Source: Camelus ferus (lineage: Eukaryota). From it: a DNA stretch of 64,000 bases. Location: NCBI RefSeq assembly GCF_009834535.1, contig NC_045697.1:98024001-98088000 (forward strand), given 5' to 3'. How positions within the stretch are numbered: position 1 is the first letter of the stretch; each line of letters opens with the position of its first letter. Below are positions 14,350 through 28,063 of the stretch, piece after piece. Below the pieces are notes generated by a model. It searched no databases. It was not told the DNA's origin and saw only the letters and a list, made by a program, of their open reading frames with translations. The translations under genes and the position numbers were made by a program.

Positions 14350-14510
14350 TTTGAATGAAATATTTAATTTATTCCCCACAGCAACTTTGAAGTAAGAATA
14401 TTTATTATTTTCATTATGCAGGTGAAGAAACTGAGGCCTAGATTAGGTTAAGTTACATGTGAAGGTTAAAAGGTCAGTATGTGGCAGGTGTGGGGTTTAA
14501 ACCAGAAAAC
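14350..14510 (-). mobile_element. MIR SINE
   Basis: core 'cattatgcaggtgaagaaactgaggcctaga..ggttaagt'. Confidence 0.75.
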
Positions 14511-14717
14511 ACAGATGCCTCATGCAGGCATGCAGATCAAGTCAGTAAGAACAGTATCCTTTTCCAAAATATAGTCAGTGCTCCATTTAATAGCTTGTCA
14601 TATCAATCCACTAGAGTATTTTTCTTGGAATTAAAACCTCTTCTGGGTTATCTAAGTTTATAATAAAACGATTCTATTTAACTTAAAGATATTATTGTTA
14701 CAAAAATGTGCTTATAT

Positions 14718-15870
14718 GTTCTGATTTTAGCAACAGGCAGAGCAGGTAATTTGGATCAACCCTCCTGCTAAGAACAACTGAAAATTTAGAATAAACACTT
14801 TTTTTTAAAACTCTGTTTAAAGATTTCAAAGATCTTAACTAAGCAGTCATGAATTTCAAGGCCAACATCTTAGGGTGGGGAGAGAATAAAGCTTATGCTG
14901 GCCAAGAAAGTTATTTATAAGTCTGAACACTATTATGAGAGATTTGGAATTAGCATCATTCTGAAAAACCATTACATCATTGCACCACTGTATTCTATTC
15001 AGTTGAGTAGAACGTGAAAACTGAACCTGGCATTTAGACTCTCTTTTCTTCAAAAGGGAATCCCCTTGTTTCTGAATTAGCATCTATCAGGCCTAGAAGC
15101 TGAGCAGAGCTTTTGACATCCTTATGAGGCAAAGGGGAAAAGTTTCAGTCTAAGGTCCTGGTAAATCTCTCATGCTTTAGATTGAGAAGCTAAAGGTTAC
15201 AACTTAGTAGTAAGAGTAAACAGGAAATACACCAGCCCTCAGAGAGACTGAAGCTTACTGAAATAAATGTGTTAAAACAGTCTAGGATAGAAAGAATTCT
15301 TATCTAACTGAGAGAAGCCAAGACAAATCTTCTGAATCTTAAGTCTCAAATTATTCCTATAAACATTCACACTAATATCCAACACTCAATCACAAATAAA
15401 TAAGCACATGAAGAGATGGATTAATTTGATCAGAAACAAGATAAGCAATCAACAGTAGGAACTGACTTTTAAAGATTCAGATAGATAATAAACTTTAAAA
15501 TAAATATGCTGCTTAAGTTCAAGAAACTAAAAGATGCAAATAATAATTTTTGCAGAAAACTAGAAACTATTTTAAAAAACAATAGAAATTCTAACTGAAG
15601 AGCACAATAACCAAAATGTAAAAGTCAGTGGATAGATTTAACAGAAAATTAGACACAATTGAAGGAAGAATTAGCACACAATAAGATAGGAAACAATAAA
15701 ATAAGCAATCTAAAGCATGGAAAATCAAATGAATGGAATATACATAAGAGAGTATAGAAGACAGAAAGGATTTTTTTAAAAGTTAAATTGTCTATTATAT
15801 GTGTGATTGGAAAGGATAGAAGTAATGGGACAAAAGGAATACTGGAAGAGATAATAGCTAAGAACTGTTA
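14718..15870 (+). mobile_element. ancient L1/HAL1 5' region and ORF1 remnant
   Basis: 'ccctcctgctaagaacaactgaaaat' is a 5' motif. 'cagtggatagatttaacagaaaattagacacaattgaaggaagaattag' is ORF1 coiled-coil-like. 'ggaagagataatagctaagaac'. Confidence 0.6.
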
Positions 15871-15904
15871 CAGCAATACATTTCCAATATTCTATTGCCT
15901 CCAA

Positions 15905-16285
15905 CAGTTAACAATCATACACTGAGATACTATAAAGTAATGAAAATAAGTGAATTTCAGTTACACCAAAACGAGATAAATCTTATGTACATAATATTGA
16001 AGCAAAGAAGCCAAACACAGAAGAGTACATACTAATGATCTGTGTATGTAATACAAAGTTCAACAACAGGAAAAATTTATTATAATGTCAGAAGTCAGAA
16101 CAGTGGCTATCTTTTAAGGGACAGAAAAAGGGAATATTAATTGGAGGGTCACCAGGCAGGCTTCTGACTGCTGATGCTATTCTAGTTCTTGACCTTGGTG
16201 TTTTATCCAGGCATATTCAATTTGTAATAATGCCTATATATTTTTCTTATTTTATATAAATTTCATATAAAAGCAAAAAAAATAA
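15905..16285 (+). mobile_element. L1ME-like 3' UTR
   Basis: 'aaagaagccaaacacagaagagtacatac', 'agaagtcagaacagtggctatcttt', 'ttctagttcttgaccttggtg'. Confidence 0.7.
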
Positions 16286-17399
16286 CAGACTTGTTATAGA
16301 GAAAACACTAATTCCCAAAAAAGTAATTTATTGTTTGAGGATGGCTCTTAAATTAAGAATTACATTTTAAGATTTACATTTTAAATATGCAACTATTTGA
16401 AAGAGATTATTTCAACTTTCTGCCCTTTTCATAGTTTCTATAATTTAGGACTCTCATAATGAAAGCATAAAGAAAGAGGTTTTAATACACCTTGCTTAAG
16501 AAGAATTCTATGATGATACTTGTATAATTTTTCCTCTATTTTCCATTTTTCTGATTTCTCAAATGGTCAGATAAAATCTATCAATACTGAAGGCTGCACG
16601 TGAATGTCTTTACTTTTTCTGAATCATGACTTTCTTTTATATACTGAGTAAGATATACAGAATGAACTTGCTAGTCACAGTATTCATTCTGGTTTGGACC
16701 TAAGGCAGCAAGTAATAAGAGGGGACCATGTTAAATTATCTGATTAAGTTGACTGAGAAAATCTTGATTGCTTGCTTGACATGGAATCACTGTACTCCAA
16801 AAATCTTTGTAATAACATCTGTGACCTTAAATCATATTTTAATGAGACTTGAAGAAAGTAAATGTAATCATAAATAGCTGAAACTATTCAGTGCTTTTAA
16901 TAAGAAAACATCAGCATGCCAAACATAAAGCAAATGTGTTGAATTATCTTCTCATTATAAGGTGTGAATACTAAAATTGAGGGGTCATTTCAATATTTAA
17001 CAAATCCTAGGAACTGGAAACCAAATAATTGACAAATGAAACAGTAAATAACTGTTAATAATCTAAAACATGACTTATTATGAGACTTGCCAAGAGAGAT
17101 CTGAAAATACATTTCTTCAATCAAATGTAAGAAAAGCAATAACTATCAACTATTATAATAAATGAATGTTGAAATGTCAAGAGGAATGTTGCAAGAACTG
17201 ATCTATATATCTATGTATACTTTTAAAAACTTCTTTTCGGGTAGTTTTATCCTTTTTAAAGAGGGAAACTTGCAAAAGAATAATGATATATAATGTACAT
17301 CACTGTAAAATTCTTTACATAAATAAATCCATGAATCAGCAGGTACATAGAGGTCCACTTGTATCCCTATTATTGTGTTTATCACATCACCCTAAAACT

Positions 17400-17518
17400 G
17401 TATATTTACTTATTCTCCCAGTGCACAATAAGCACCCATTAGGCAGGAACAATACCTTGTTTATGTCCCCAGAACTTTACACAATATGTGCTCAATAAAC
17501 ATTTGTTGAACTAAACTA
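17400..17518 (+). mobile_element. L2 3' end
   Basis: ends 'gtgctcaataaacatttgttgaactaaa'. Confidence 0.65.
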
Positions 17519-17624
17519 AGCCTTAAAATGTAGTCTTACTCCTACAATCCCCCCAAAATAACAAGATACCTTAACACTAGTTCCCCATTGCCTTGTTTGA
17601 AATAAAGAGCAGGTAAATAAGGCC

Positions 17625-17785
17625 TGTGGCAGAGACTCAAAATTCATTTTCTCCTTCTTTATTAACAGAACTCCAACTTTTAGCTGTGCGCTTCCTAGCC
17701 AATAAAGGTCTACATTTCTCTGCCTACTTTGAAGCTTAGTATGAACATGTTTGCCTGGTCATTCTGGCAATGAATTCTTTCAAAA
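17625..17785 (+). mobile_element. old MaLR LTR 5' fragment (MLT1I/J-like)
   Basis: 'tgtggcagagact...ttctccttctttattaacagaactccaac...acatttctctgcctactttgaagc'. Confidence 0.45.
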
Positions 17786-17789
17786 GGAG

Positions 17790-20700
17790 AAGGTAAATAA
17801 CAAATTATATATTAAAACATGTATTAAAAACTAAAATATAAAACATACTGGTAAAGGTAAGGATATAATCAAATTTGGAATACTCTAATATTGCAATGTT
17901 GTGGCATATTAACTACCTACCTCCAGTATAAAGGTAAAAGAATAAGCTATTATAACTGTGCCTACAATAATTTAAGGAATACACAATATAAAAAGAGGCA
18001 AACTGTGATATCAAAAACATAAAATAGGTTATATGTCAACTATAACCCCCAAAATAAATAAATAAAAGAAATAAATTAAAACCAAAGTGACAGCTCTTAA
18101 CAAAAAACTGTAAGTTACAGGAGTAAAATAGTTTTTATATATGACCAAAGTTAAGTTGATATTAGCATAAAATAGACTTATTCTATTAAATAGTCATATC
18201 TACAAGATGTGTTATGTAAACCTAATAGTAACCACTGTAGATTCACAAAAGATAAAGGAAAGTGATTCAAAGCATAACACTATGGAAAATCATCAGTTCA
18301 AAAGGAAGATGGCAAGAGAGGAAGAAAGGGACTAAGGGAACTTACAAAATAGTTAGAAAACAATAAAATGGCATTAGTAAGTTCTTACCTATCAATGATC
18401 ACTCTAAACATAAACTAATTAAATTCTTCAGTCAAAAGGTATAAAGTTGCTGGATGGATGAAAAACAAGACTCAACTACATGCTGCCTGTAAGAGATTCA
18501 CTTCAGCTTTAAAGACATACATAGGATATAGGCAAAGAGATGGAAAATTACATTCCATGAAAATGGGACCAAAAGAGTAGGGCAGCTATAGTTATAAAGG
18601 ACAAAACAGACTTTAAGCCAAACACTGTAACAAAAGACAAAAGGTCAGTATATAATGATAAAGGGGTCAATTCATCAAGAGGATATTACAATCATAAATA
18701 TATATGCACCCAACACTGAAGGTTCTAAATGCTAACAGATCTGAAGTGAGAAATAGGTAACAGTAAAATGATAAGAGTGGTTTTCAGTACTCTGTTTTCA
18801 ATAATGGAAAGATCATCCAAACAGAAATCAATAAGGAAATGTTGAAATTGAACTACATTTTAGATCAAATGGATATAACAGACATATATAGAACATTCCA
18901 TCCAATAGCAGCTGAATACACATTCTTCTAAAGTACACACAGAAAATTCTCTAGGGTAGATTATATAATAGGGCAAAAACAAGTCTTCACAAATTTAAGA
19001 TTAAAATTAAATCAAGTATCTTTTCCAAGAATAAATGGCTTGAAACTAAAAATCAGTAACAAGAGGAAATTTGGAAAGTTCAAAACATGTATAAATTAAA
19101 TATCCCATTATTGGACAATCAATGGGCCAAAAGAGAAATCAAAAGAGAAATTTAAAATATCTTGAAACAAATAAAAATGGAAGAACAACATACCAAAACC
19201 TATGGGATGTATAAAAAGCAGTTCTAAGTGTGAAGTTAATAGTGTTGCATGCCCACGTTTGAGAAAAAAGAAAGCTCTAAGACACACAACCTAAGGTTAC
19301 ACAGCAAGGAATTAGAAAAAGAAAAACAAACCAAGGCCAAAGTTAGCAGAAGGAAGGAAATAAATAACACAGATCAGATCATAAATAAACAAAATAGAGA
19401 CTAGAAATACAATAGAAAAGAACAAAACTAAGAGCTGGATTTTTGAAAAGATTAACAAAATTAACAAAACTTTGGCTAGACTAATTAAGGGGAAAAGAGA
19501 GAAAACCCAAATAAATAAAATCAGAAATAAAAGAGGAGACATTAAAACTAGTGACACAGAAAAGGAAAGAATCGTAAGAGACTACTATCAACAATTATAC
19601 TTCAACAAGTTGGATAATCTAAAAGACATGGATAAATGCTTAGAACACAGAACCTACCAAGACTGAATCAGAAAAAATAGAGAATATGAACAGACCTATA
19701 ACAAGTAAGGATAATGAAGCAGTGATTAAAATTTTTCTAACAAGGAAAAGGCCAGGACCAATCCTTCTAAAACTCTTCCAAAAAGTTGAAAAGAAGGAAA
19801 CATTTTCCAAATTCATTTAATAAGCCCAGTATTACCCTTACCTAAATCAGATAAGGACATTACAAGAGAAGAAAACTACAGGCCAATATCCTTGATGGAT
19901 ATAGATGCAAAATCTCTGAACAAGATATCAGCAAACCAAGTTCAATGGCACACAAAAAGCAGTATATACCATGATCACATAGGATTTATCCCTGGGATGA
20001 AAGCTGAATACACACGCTTCTAAAGTACACACAGAAAATTCTCTAGGGTAGATTATATAACAGGTCACAAAACAAGTCTTAGCAAATTTAATATTCAACA
20101 AAGGCAAATCAATAAATGTCATGCACTACATTAATAGAATGAAAAATAAAAATAGATGCAGGAAAAGCTTTTGGCAAAAGACAACATCATCTCATGATAA
20201 AAACACTCAACAAACTGGAATACAGAAGGAACATACCTTAACATAATAAAAGCCATAAATGACAAGCCTATAGCTAACATCATACTCAATGGTGAAAGGT
20301 TGAAAGCTTTTCCTCTAATGTCAGGATCAAGACAAGAGTGCTCACGCTCACCATGCTTATTCAATATAATACTGGAAGTCCTAGCCAGAGCAGTTAGGCA
20401 AGAAAATAATAAAACATTTCAAATCAGAAAGGAAGAAGTAAAATTGTCTCTGATTACATACGATATGCTTTTATATAGAGAAAATCCTATGGACTCCACC
20501 AAAAACTGAACTAATCAACAAATAATAGTTGTAGGAAACAAAATCAACATACAGAAAACAGTTGTGTTTCTATGCACTAACAATGAAAACTATCTGAAAA
20601 ATAAACAAATAAATCCCATTTATAACAGCATCCAAAATAATAAAACACTTAGGAATATATTTAATCAAGGAGGTGAAAGTTTTGTACACTGAAAACTCTT

Positions 20701-22487
20701 AAGACTTTCATGACAGAAATTGAAGAAGATACAAATAAATGGAAAGATATCCTATGTTCATGAATGAAAAGAAATAATATTGTTAAATTATTCATATTAC
20801 CCAAAGCCATCTAAATGCCATTCATATCAAAATTCTAATGGCATTTTTCACAGAAATATTAAAAAAATCCTAAAATGTATATGAAATTACAGAATCACAA
20901 ATAGCTAAAGCAATCTTAAGAAGAATAAAGCTAGATGCTTCATACCTCCTGATTTCAAACTATACTTTAATACTACAGAATTCCAAATAGCATAAAAATG
21001 TACACGTAGACCAACTGAACAGAACTGAGAGCCCAGAAATAAACTTACATATAAAAGTCAGTTAATATTTGATAAAAGAGACAAGAAAACCTACTGAGGG
21101 AAAAACAGTCTCTTCAATAAACGGTGCTGCAAAAACTGGATAATCACATACAGAAGAATGAAGTTGGATCCCCATGTTACATTAATTACAAAAATTAACT
21201 TGAAATTAATTAAAAACTTAAACAAGACAGGAAATCATAAACTCCTAGAAGAAAACATAGGGGAAAAACTCTTTGACCTTGGTCTTGGAAATGATTTTTG
21301 GTTATTAACACCAAAATCTTAAGCAACAAAACAAAATAAGTATATGGGACTGCATCGAACTAAGAAAATATTTTGCTCTTGCATAGCAAAAAGAAATGAA
21401 CAAAATGAAAAGGCAATCTACAGAATGGTAGAAAATATCTGCAAGTCATATATTGGGTGAGGGGTTAATATCCAACATACATAAAAAATTCATGTAACTC
21501 AATAGCAAAACATCAAACAATCTAATTTTTAAAATGGGCACAGGAACTAAATGGACATTTTTTTCCAAAGAAGACATACAAGTGGCCAACAGGAACATTA
21601 AAAAGTGTTCAATTTCACTAATCATCAGGGAAATATAAATCAGAAGCATAGTGAGATATCAACTCATACCTTTTATAATGGTTATCATCAAAAAGATCAA
21701 GAGATAACAAATGTGGAGAAAAAGGAACATATGAGCACTGTTGGTGGAAATGTAAACTTGTACAATCATTATGGAAAATAGTATGGAGGTTACTCAAAAA
21801 ATTAAAAATAGAACTAGCATTTGTTCCAGCAATCCTGCTTCTGGGTATATATCCAAAAGAAATTAAATCAGGATCTCAAAGAGATATCTGCACTCCAATG
21901 TTCATTCACAACAGCCAAGGTAAGGAAACAACCTAAGATTCCAACTATGGATGGATGGATAAAGAATATGTGGTACATATATACACAATGGAATATTATT
22001 CAGCCATGACAAAGAGGGAAATCCGCCATTTGTGACAACATGGGTGAACCTGGAGGGTACCACGCTGGGTAAAATAAGCCAGAAAGGAAAAGACAAATAC
22101 TGTATGATCGCACATGTATATTTACTCTAAAAAAGCCAAACTCCTAGAAACAGAGAGTAGAATGGTGGTTGCCAGGGGCTGGGGCTGGTGAAAATGGGGA
22201 GATAATAGTCAGAGGGTCAAACTTCTACTTATAAGATGAAGAGTTCTAGGAATCTAATGTACAGCATGGTGACTGTAGTTAACAATACTATATTGTATAT
22301 TTGAAAATTGTTAAGATCTTAAATGTTCTCACCACAAAAAAGAAATGGAAACTATGTGAAATGATGAACTGTCAACTAATGGTACTCTGGTAATCATTTG
22401 GCAATATGTGTTATCATATCAACACGTGATATACTTTAAACTTAACATAATGTGTTATATCAATTAAATTTCAATAAAACTGGGGGG
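17790..22487 (+). mobile_element. ~4.7-kb LINE-1 (L1MA9-like): inter-ORF region, decayed ORF2, 3' UTR
   Basis: Endonuclease start near 18380; RT motifs (ORF-track [14 protein letters not shown]...[12 protein letters not shown]). 3' UTR 'tataagatgaagagttctaggaatctaatgtacagcatggtgact'. Many stops and frameshifts. Confidence 0.95.
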
Positions 22488-22660
22488 ATAACCTATGAAA
22501 TAGGTAGTATTGCCATTCCTGTGTTACAAGAGAAAAAACCAATGCACAGAGAGATTAAATAATTTGTGAGAAAACCAATGCACAGAGAGATTAAATAATT
22601 TGCCCAAAGTCACTGATTTAGTGAAATCTGGCTCCCAAGTCTATGCTCCTAACCACTATA
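22488..22660 (-). mobile_element. MIR SINE with internal tandem duplication
   Basis: 'gcacagagagattaaataatttgcccaaagtcac...tgctcctaaccactata'. Confidence 0.7.
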
Positions 22661-23139
22661 GACTGTGTCTAAAGTACTTAGGTAATGGAGATTTAAAAAC
22701 AAAAAATTTCTGTGACAATTCTTCAAGTTGTAGACTTATGATTTGTACATATTTCCATATGTATGTTTCACCTTAAATAAAAAAGTTTAGTTTAAAAATC
22801 TACTTAAAAAGAACTATGGGAATTTTTATCATGCTAGGTACAAGAGGAATATAAAACCAGGGTTGCTGACTTCCAGAGGATTCTAGGCATTTAATACCAG
22901 ATACCAACAGGAAATAACAGATGGTGGAAGAAGAGGGAGACTGAATATTTGAAAGGAGGTATCTTAGTTAAAATAGCACTTTCTTAACCAAAAAAAAAAA
23001 AAATCTTTTTTAAGATCAAAATACCATATATATTTAAAGACAGAAATGAACTTGCATACAAAGGAAGGAAGACAAAGTTAAAAGCCAGAGCCTGTATGAT
23101 TTGGCAACAGATGAGTAAATCACACAAAGGGGTCAAGAC

Positions 23140-23324
23140 CTGGGATTGGCAAACTATGGCCCAGGGGGCAAATTCATCCCATTGTTTATTTTTGTAAACA
23201 TAGATTTAGTGGAACACATTATTGTCACTTAATTTACTTATACAGCCATTGGGGCAGAGACTCTGTGGCCTACAGAAACTAAATTACTATCTGGCCCTTT
23301 ACTGAAAGAGTTTAGTAAACTTTG
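23140..23324 (+). mobile_element. MER58A-like hAT-Charlie MITE
   Basis: 'ggattggcaaactatggcccagggggcaaat...tttttgtaaa...tactatctggccctttactgaaagagttt'. Confidence 0.75.
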
Positions 23325-23784
23325 ACCTAGAAAAAGATGTTAAAATTTTGATTAAACTGTGTTTTTTAATAAAATTCTGTGAAAAGAGATCTATCTAATC
23401 TCTTAAAAATGTCTTCTAGAAATCCAATGTAACTGACTTGACTTCTCTTATTTCCACTGTACTTTGAGTGAATGTACATGTGTGTGCTTAGTGGTAATTG
23501 CACTTCAAAAGTCAAGGCCACTTAACTGTTAAATTAGAATTGGGGGTATAGGTATAAAATGTTTTCAATAAAATGGAGATTAATTAGGAATTCAGATGCA
23601 TTAACATCACGGGAATGGTCAATTAAATAACTAATTATGTTGAAAAAGTAATTGCCTGCTTAATTAGATGACCACACCCCACCACATATCGCTTCTCAGC
23701 CCACACAGGTGTTCCATGTCTCCTAGACTTCAAACATGATTTGGCACTCATACTTAATGATCAGAATAGCCAGACACATTTTTT

Positions 23785-23905
23785 AATTGTTCAATTACCT
23801 ATTCATTCTACAAGCAGGTAACATATGAAAATTTTGTGTTAGGAACTATGTTAGAACTGAGGAGTATAGAAAAAAAGATGGTTCCTGACCTCAAAAAGCT
23901 CACTT
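23785..23905 (-). mobile_element. L2 3' end
   Basis: 'attcattc...tgtgttaggaactatgttag...atggttcctgacctcaaaaagctcac'. Confidence 0.6.
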
Positions 23906-23977
23906 TTCTCTCATTCTCTCTTATATGTTTTAGGTCCCATTCCAAAAACTATACATCCCAGTGGCATTTAGTTTATA

Positions 23978-24031
23978 CAGTAAGCCATCCACACCTGTGG
24001 GTGTGGAACCCATGATACGGAGGGATGACTG
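23978..24031. mobile_element. 54-bp TIR-only Tigger/MER2-group remnant
   Basis: ta|cagtaagccatcc...ggaacccatgatacggagggatgactg. The ends are imperfect inverted repeats resembling the MER2/Tigger terminus cagtcggccctccgtatc. Confidence 0.55.
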
Positions 24032-25262
24032 AATGTCTATAATTGAATGGACAAAGAAAGAAAAGTGGCTACTGTTACAACTGATGCTGAAGGATGGTAT
24101 GCTTGGCTGCTAAAATATTTGTCTGGGCCCATTGGTTGTACACAGGCTGGCTCTCAGGATGGTATGATAGGAGAGAGGCTGAAATTAAAATGAACAATTT
24201 ATTCCACACAACTAAGTACTATCAACTTTTGATCCCTCCTGGTGACTTGGAAACTTTTGCCTAACATTTGGGAAACAGATGGAAGGTGGATTTTGGACAA
24301 TGTGAGGGTGATCTCTGGCAGTCTGTGGCAAGTCTGGGACCCAGAGAAATAAACACATGAGTCAGTGATTTCCATACACCAAGACTATCTGACCCAAGTG
24401 AGAAATTTCAGAATAACATCTAATATTCAAGCTTAGTTGGTTTCTTATTCTGTGCTGTAATTTCCATTGTTTCTAGGTTTTCAGTTACCCAACACATCAG
24501 CCTGAGGTTAATGATTCTTTAGGAAACGAAGAAGAAATGCCTACACTTAGGGTAAAGCCCAGAGAACCGGGTAGAAACAGGCAGGAGAGGATGAGAAGTG
24601 ATCCAGGATAGAGTTTGGAGTTGAAGATGCAGGCAGGCATCTGCTGGGAAAGCGTAAGTGTCAGTAGGCGGGAATTCTCAGAAACCAGAAAAATGACACT
24701 GAACTCACAGCATGTGGGTCTTGTGTGTTTTATTTGGACATAAAAGAAAAAGCCCCCAAGAAGCCCTGGAGACTTGGAAACTTTCAGCTTATTATTACAA
24801 ACCTGATTTCTGCCTCATGTTATACTTATTTAAATCACATTGACCTCCCCCAGTGGAGTGTAAGCACATGTCATATTTATATTTCTCCTATACCATGTTA
24901 GTGTATTACAGGGCAGGGGCTCATTAAATTAAGGAGAAAAATGATTTCAGAAGCAGCAGGAAGACTGTGTAAAAATGATGATCTTTATTTCAATGTAAAA
25001 AGCAATACAGAATTGGCTGAGGGCTAAATAAATAATTTTGTCTAGTTGAGTTTCCCCAGTTGAAAACAGTTTCTTTACGGTTAGGAGTGGGGAAGGGTGT
25101 GAAGTATGTCAGGGAGTTGATGCTCAGAATAGTTGTGAATGGAGTTGAAAAATGGAAAGAACTTTTTCTGTAGTAAAACCTCAGGTTGGGGAAAAAAAAT
25201 TAAAGGAGGGAATATATTTGCCTTTTGAAAAAAGAGAAAATAGGTACGCTTAATGCTAATTT

Positions 25263-25759
25263 TGTTACAGAGAAGACCAGATCTGACTCCATATTGGACC
25301 CATTTCCTTAGCTCTAACCCTTGTGCTCTGCTGCCTTTTTATAACAGAATGTTGCCTATAGGCTGAAATACACATGATAGCCCATCCACAAGGCTCTGAT
25401 CTTTAAAGTTATAACACTTTTCCATTCATGTAAAGATAAAAAGTTACAGAACAGAGAATAGCATTTGTCTTTTTGGAGGTTTATGGGGACATTGTGACCA
25501 GATCTACATGGACAGCTGCAAGAACAAAGGCTTCTGGTACCAAGAAGTTTGCAACAACCAGCCATACCATCTCCCTTTTTAGTATTAAAAAAAATCCCAG
25601 AATTCTAACTGGGGTAAGACTGTTCTTTGGGATTCCAGTCCACCATCTTCTCAGTCTGCTAGCTTTCCAAATAAAGTCACTATTCCTTGTCCCAACAACT
25701 CGTCTCTTGATTTATTGGCCTGTCACACAGCAAGCAGTATGAGCATGGACTCAGTAATA
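25263..25759 (+). mobile_element. ERV1 solo LTR (MER41-like)
   Basis: tgttac...cagtaata termini; polyA signal 'ccaaataaagtc'; perfect 4-bp TSD ATTT/ATTT. Confidence 0.85.
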
Positions 25760-26989
25760 ATTTGCCTTATTCTGTGGATCATATATGGTATTGACCAGAG
25801 ATTTCTAAACTTGACTATAGAATCCTGAAAATACATGCTCAGGTTCAACCTCTGGATATTCTGATATTTTTGGTATGAGTAGAACTTTGAAATATATATT
25901 TTTATTACATTTCCCACAACACATTAGAATCCTAGAGGAAAGTTTCTACTTCTATCGATATTTCAACCCTTTAATGCTTACTGAATTAATTAATAATATG
26001 TTCACAATGTAATATCTGTCTCTTACCTACAGAAATTCAAAATTTATCAATATGGTTCAATCTAATCTAATTTTCACTTTGGTTTCCTTTAAATGAATCC
26101 TCACAATGCCAGTGTTACATATACCTAATACATTTGTCATCATGCCCAATAAGCAGAAAACTTAGGGAATGGTTAAAATAAGGCTCTCCACTAAGAAAAA
26201 CAAAACAATAGCAAAAAAGAAAAAAAAGAAAGGAAAAAAGTACTGAATAAATGACTTTTTATTATATCATTAATGGACAGATGATATGTAACAGCAGCAC
26301 ACATAATAGAGAAAATTTTGTTTTCATGCTTCAGACTTTCACTCTGTAGTTGTCTTCTTGCATTCACCTTAAATACTATAATAGATCAATTGACAATTAC
26401 TTGATCAATAGAAAGTTAGAAAAAAAATGATTGAGATATAGAAAAAGGGACAGTAAGGAACCTTAGAATTTAAAACATGCCACATAAAAAAATCTAATTA
26501 CAAAAAAAGGGAAATACAGATTTTCCCAGTATAAATGCTTCATTTGTTGTTTTATCGTAAATGCAATAATGCCAATTTCTAGCATATAATTATGTGGTTC
26601 TGATTCAGATGGTGATATAATAAAGGTGGCTTCTGTATTTTCATTTATTATCTGCTCATGAGATTCTAAGTTGGAGTATTAGCTTTGTTTAACAACTTAA
26701 TGGACAGGGTACAAGATATTTTTGAAGAAAGCTAAGAACTGGAAAGTTGTGGTAAAGCTCATTTTCTGATAGAAGATAACAGGAAAGTTTGGAGTCCGCA
26801 CAATACCCACAATTGTTATGACATAAGAATTCCAGTGATTTGAAAATTCTGAAGGAGAAAAATGTCTATTTCCCCCAGCTGAAAAAGCAAAACCTGGAAT
26901 AGGTCTACTCACACCATATCAAAGCTTTCAAATTATTCATATAATGTTACCATCTATGTCTTTTAATTTTCATACACACACACCACATA

Positions 26990-27117
26990 CTTCTTTCTGA
27001 AGGAGGATTCATTTTACAATTGATGAGCATATTCTATACAATTTTCCATGAAAACTAATTATAAGTCAAGGGTATATTTTGCAACTGATGGCATATTAGA
27101 ATTGAGAAAATACTGTA
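26990..27117. mobile_element. TcMar-Tc2 (Kanga/MER104-like) terminus
   Basis: 'caactgatggcatattagaattgagaaaatactg|ta' resembles the Kanga TIR plus TA. Element may extend left to about 26515. Confidence 0.4.
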
Positions 27118-27509
27118 TTCAAGTCACAAATTTAGCTAATGATTAGTTTTTCTGCTTAAATGAAACTGTGCTACACTGATGCTATGAGCCTAGGCCTGGA
27201 GAAAGAGGAAATTTCTTGGAAATCAAGAGAAGAACTGGGGTAAGATCAAGATGATACCATCCATGCACTTCAACCAGGTACAATTAATTTAACAACTTAT
27301 TGGGCAACCCAAAGTTCACAGCTATTCAGTACTTCATTCAGTTCCCATACAGTCAGAAGGGTACTGCCCTGTCCCTCCTAGATTAACAAAAACTGGGTGG
27401 TTCCAGAAAAGTAATAAAGATAAATTGAAAGAAGAAACTTCAAACAGTTCTAAAATCAAACAAAGTAGGTCCCATATTCACACTTCCCAGAGAAAGAGAG
27501 TAAGTATTT

Positions 27510-27710
27510 TTGAAGTGTGTTAAATAAAACCTATTCTTATGGGCTCCCTCAAGCTGATTGCCAAATTTTCAGAAACGTTGTGAGCCAGTTGTTAAATTAT
27601 TGGTAACTTGAAATCAGCCATAGTGGGAGTATCTACAACAGGGAAATCAGCACATGGTACAAGTCTGGGCCTTTTGTTCTCCTATGAGCCAATTTACCTG
27701 CACAGCACAT
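27510..27710 (+). mobile_element. MER63A-like hAT-Blackjack MITE
   Basis: 'aaattttcagaaacgttgtgagccagttgttaaa', 'cttgaaatcagccatagtgggagtat', 'gagccaatttacctgcacagcac'. Confidence 0.7.
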
Positions 27711-28060
27711 GCAGAAGCATGTTACAGTCGGATGTTTGCATTTTAGAAAGAGGTAAAAACTATCTTTTTTATTGAAAAACATATGCTTTGGGACAACTGT
27801 TTCTCTTTTTCAAAATGTATTAACTTTTTATGTTTCTGTTTTTAGAGATTATCTGCAAAACACATGACACTCTATTGGTGGGACAAAATTCATTATCTCT
27901 ACAAGCAGTATCTTAGATCAAAAAACAAGTTGACCTAGTTCTGACCTAGCCTCATTAACCAAATATCATTTAAAAATATTTGCTGGTCAATAGTTCTAAA
28001 GATACATGAAGTCTTCTTACCTTAAACCATGTAGGAACTATTGTTCTAAATTAAAACTAA

Positions 28061-28063
<3 letters not shown>

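Noticed and set aside
17790..22487. Active or intact L1
   Set aside because: No 5' UTR or ORF1; ORF2 has many stops, frameshifts and deletions
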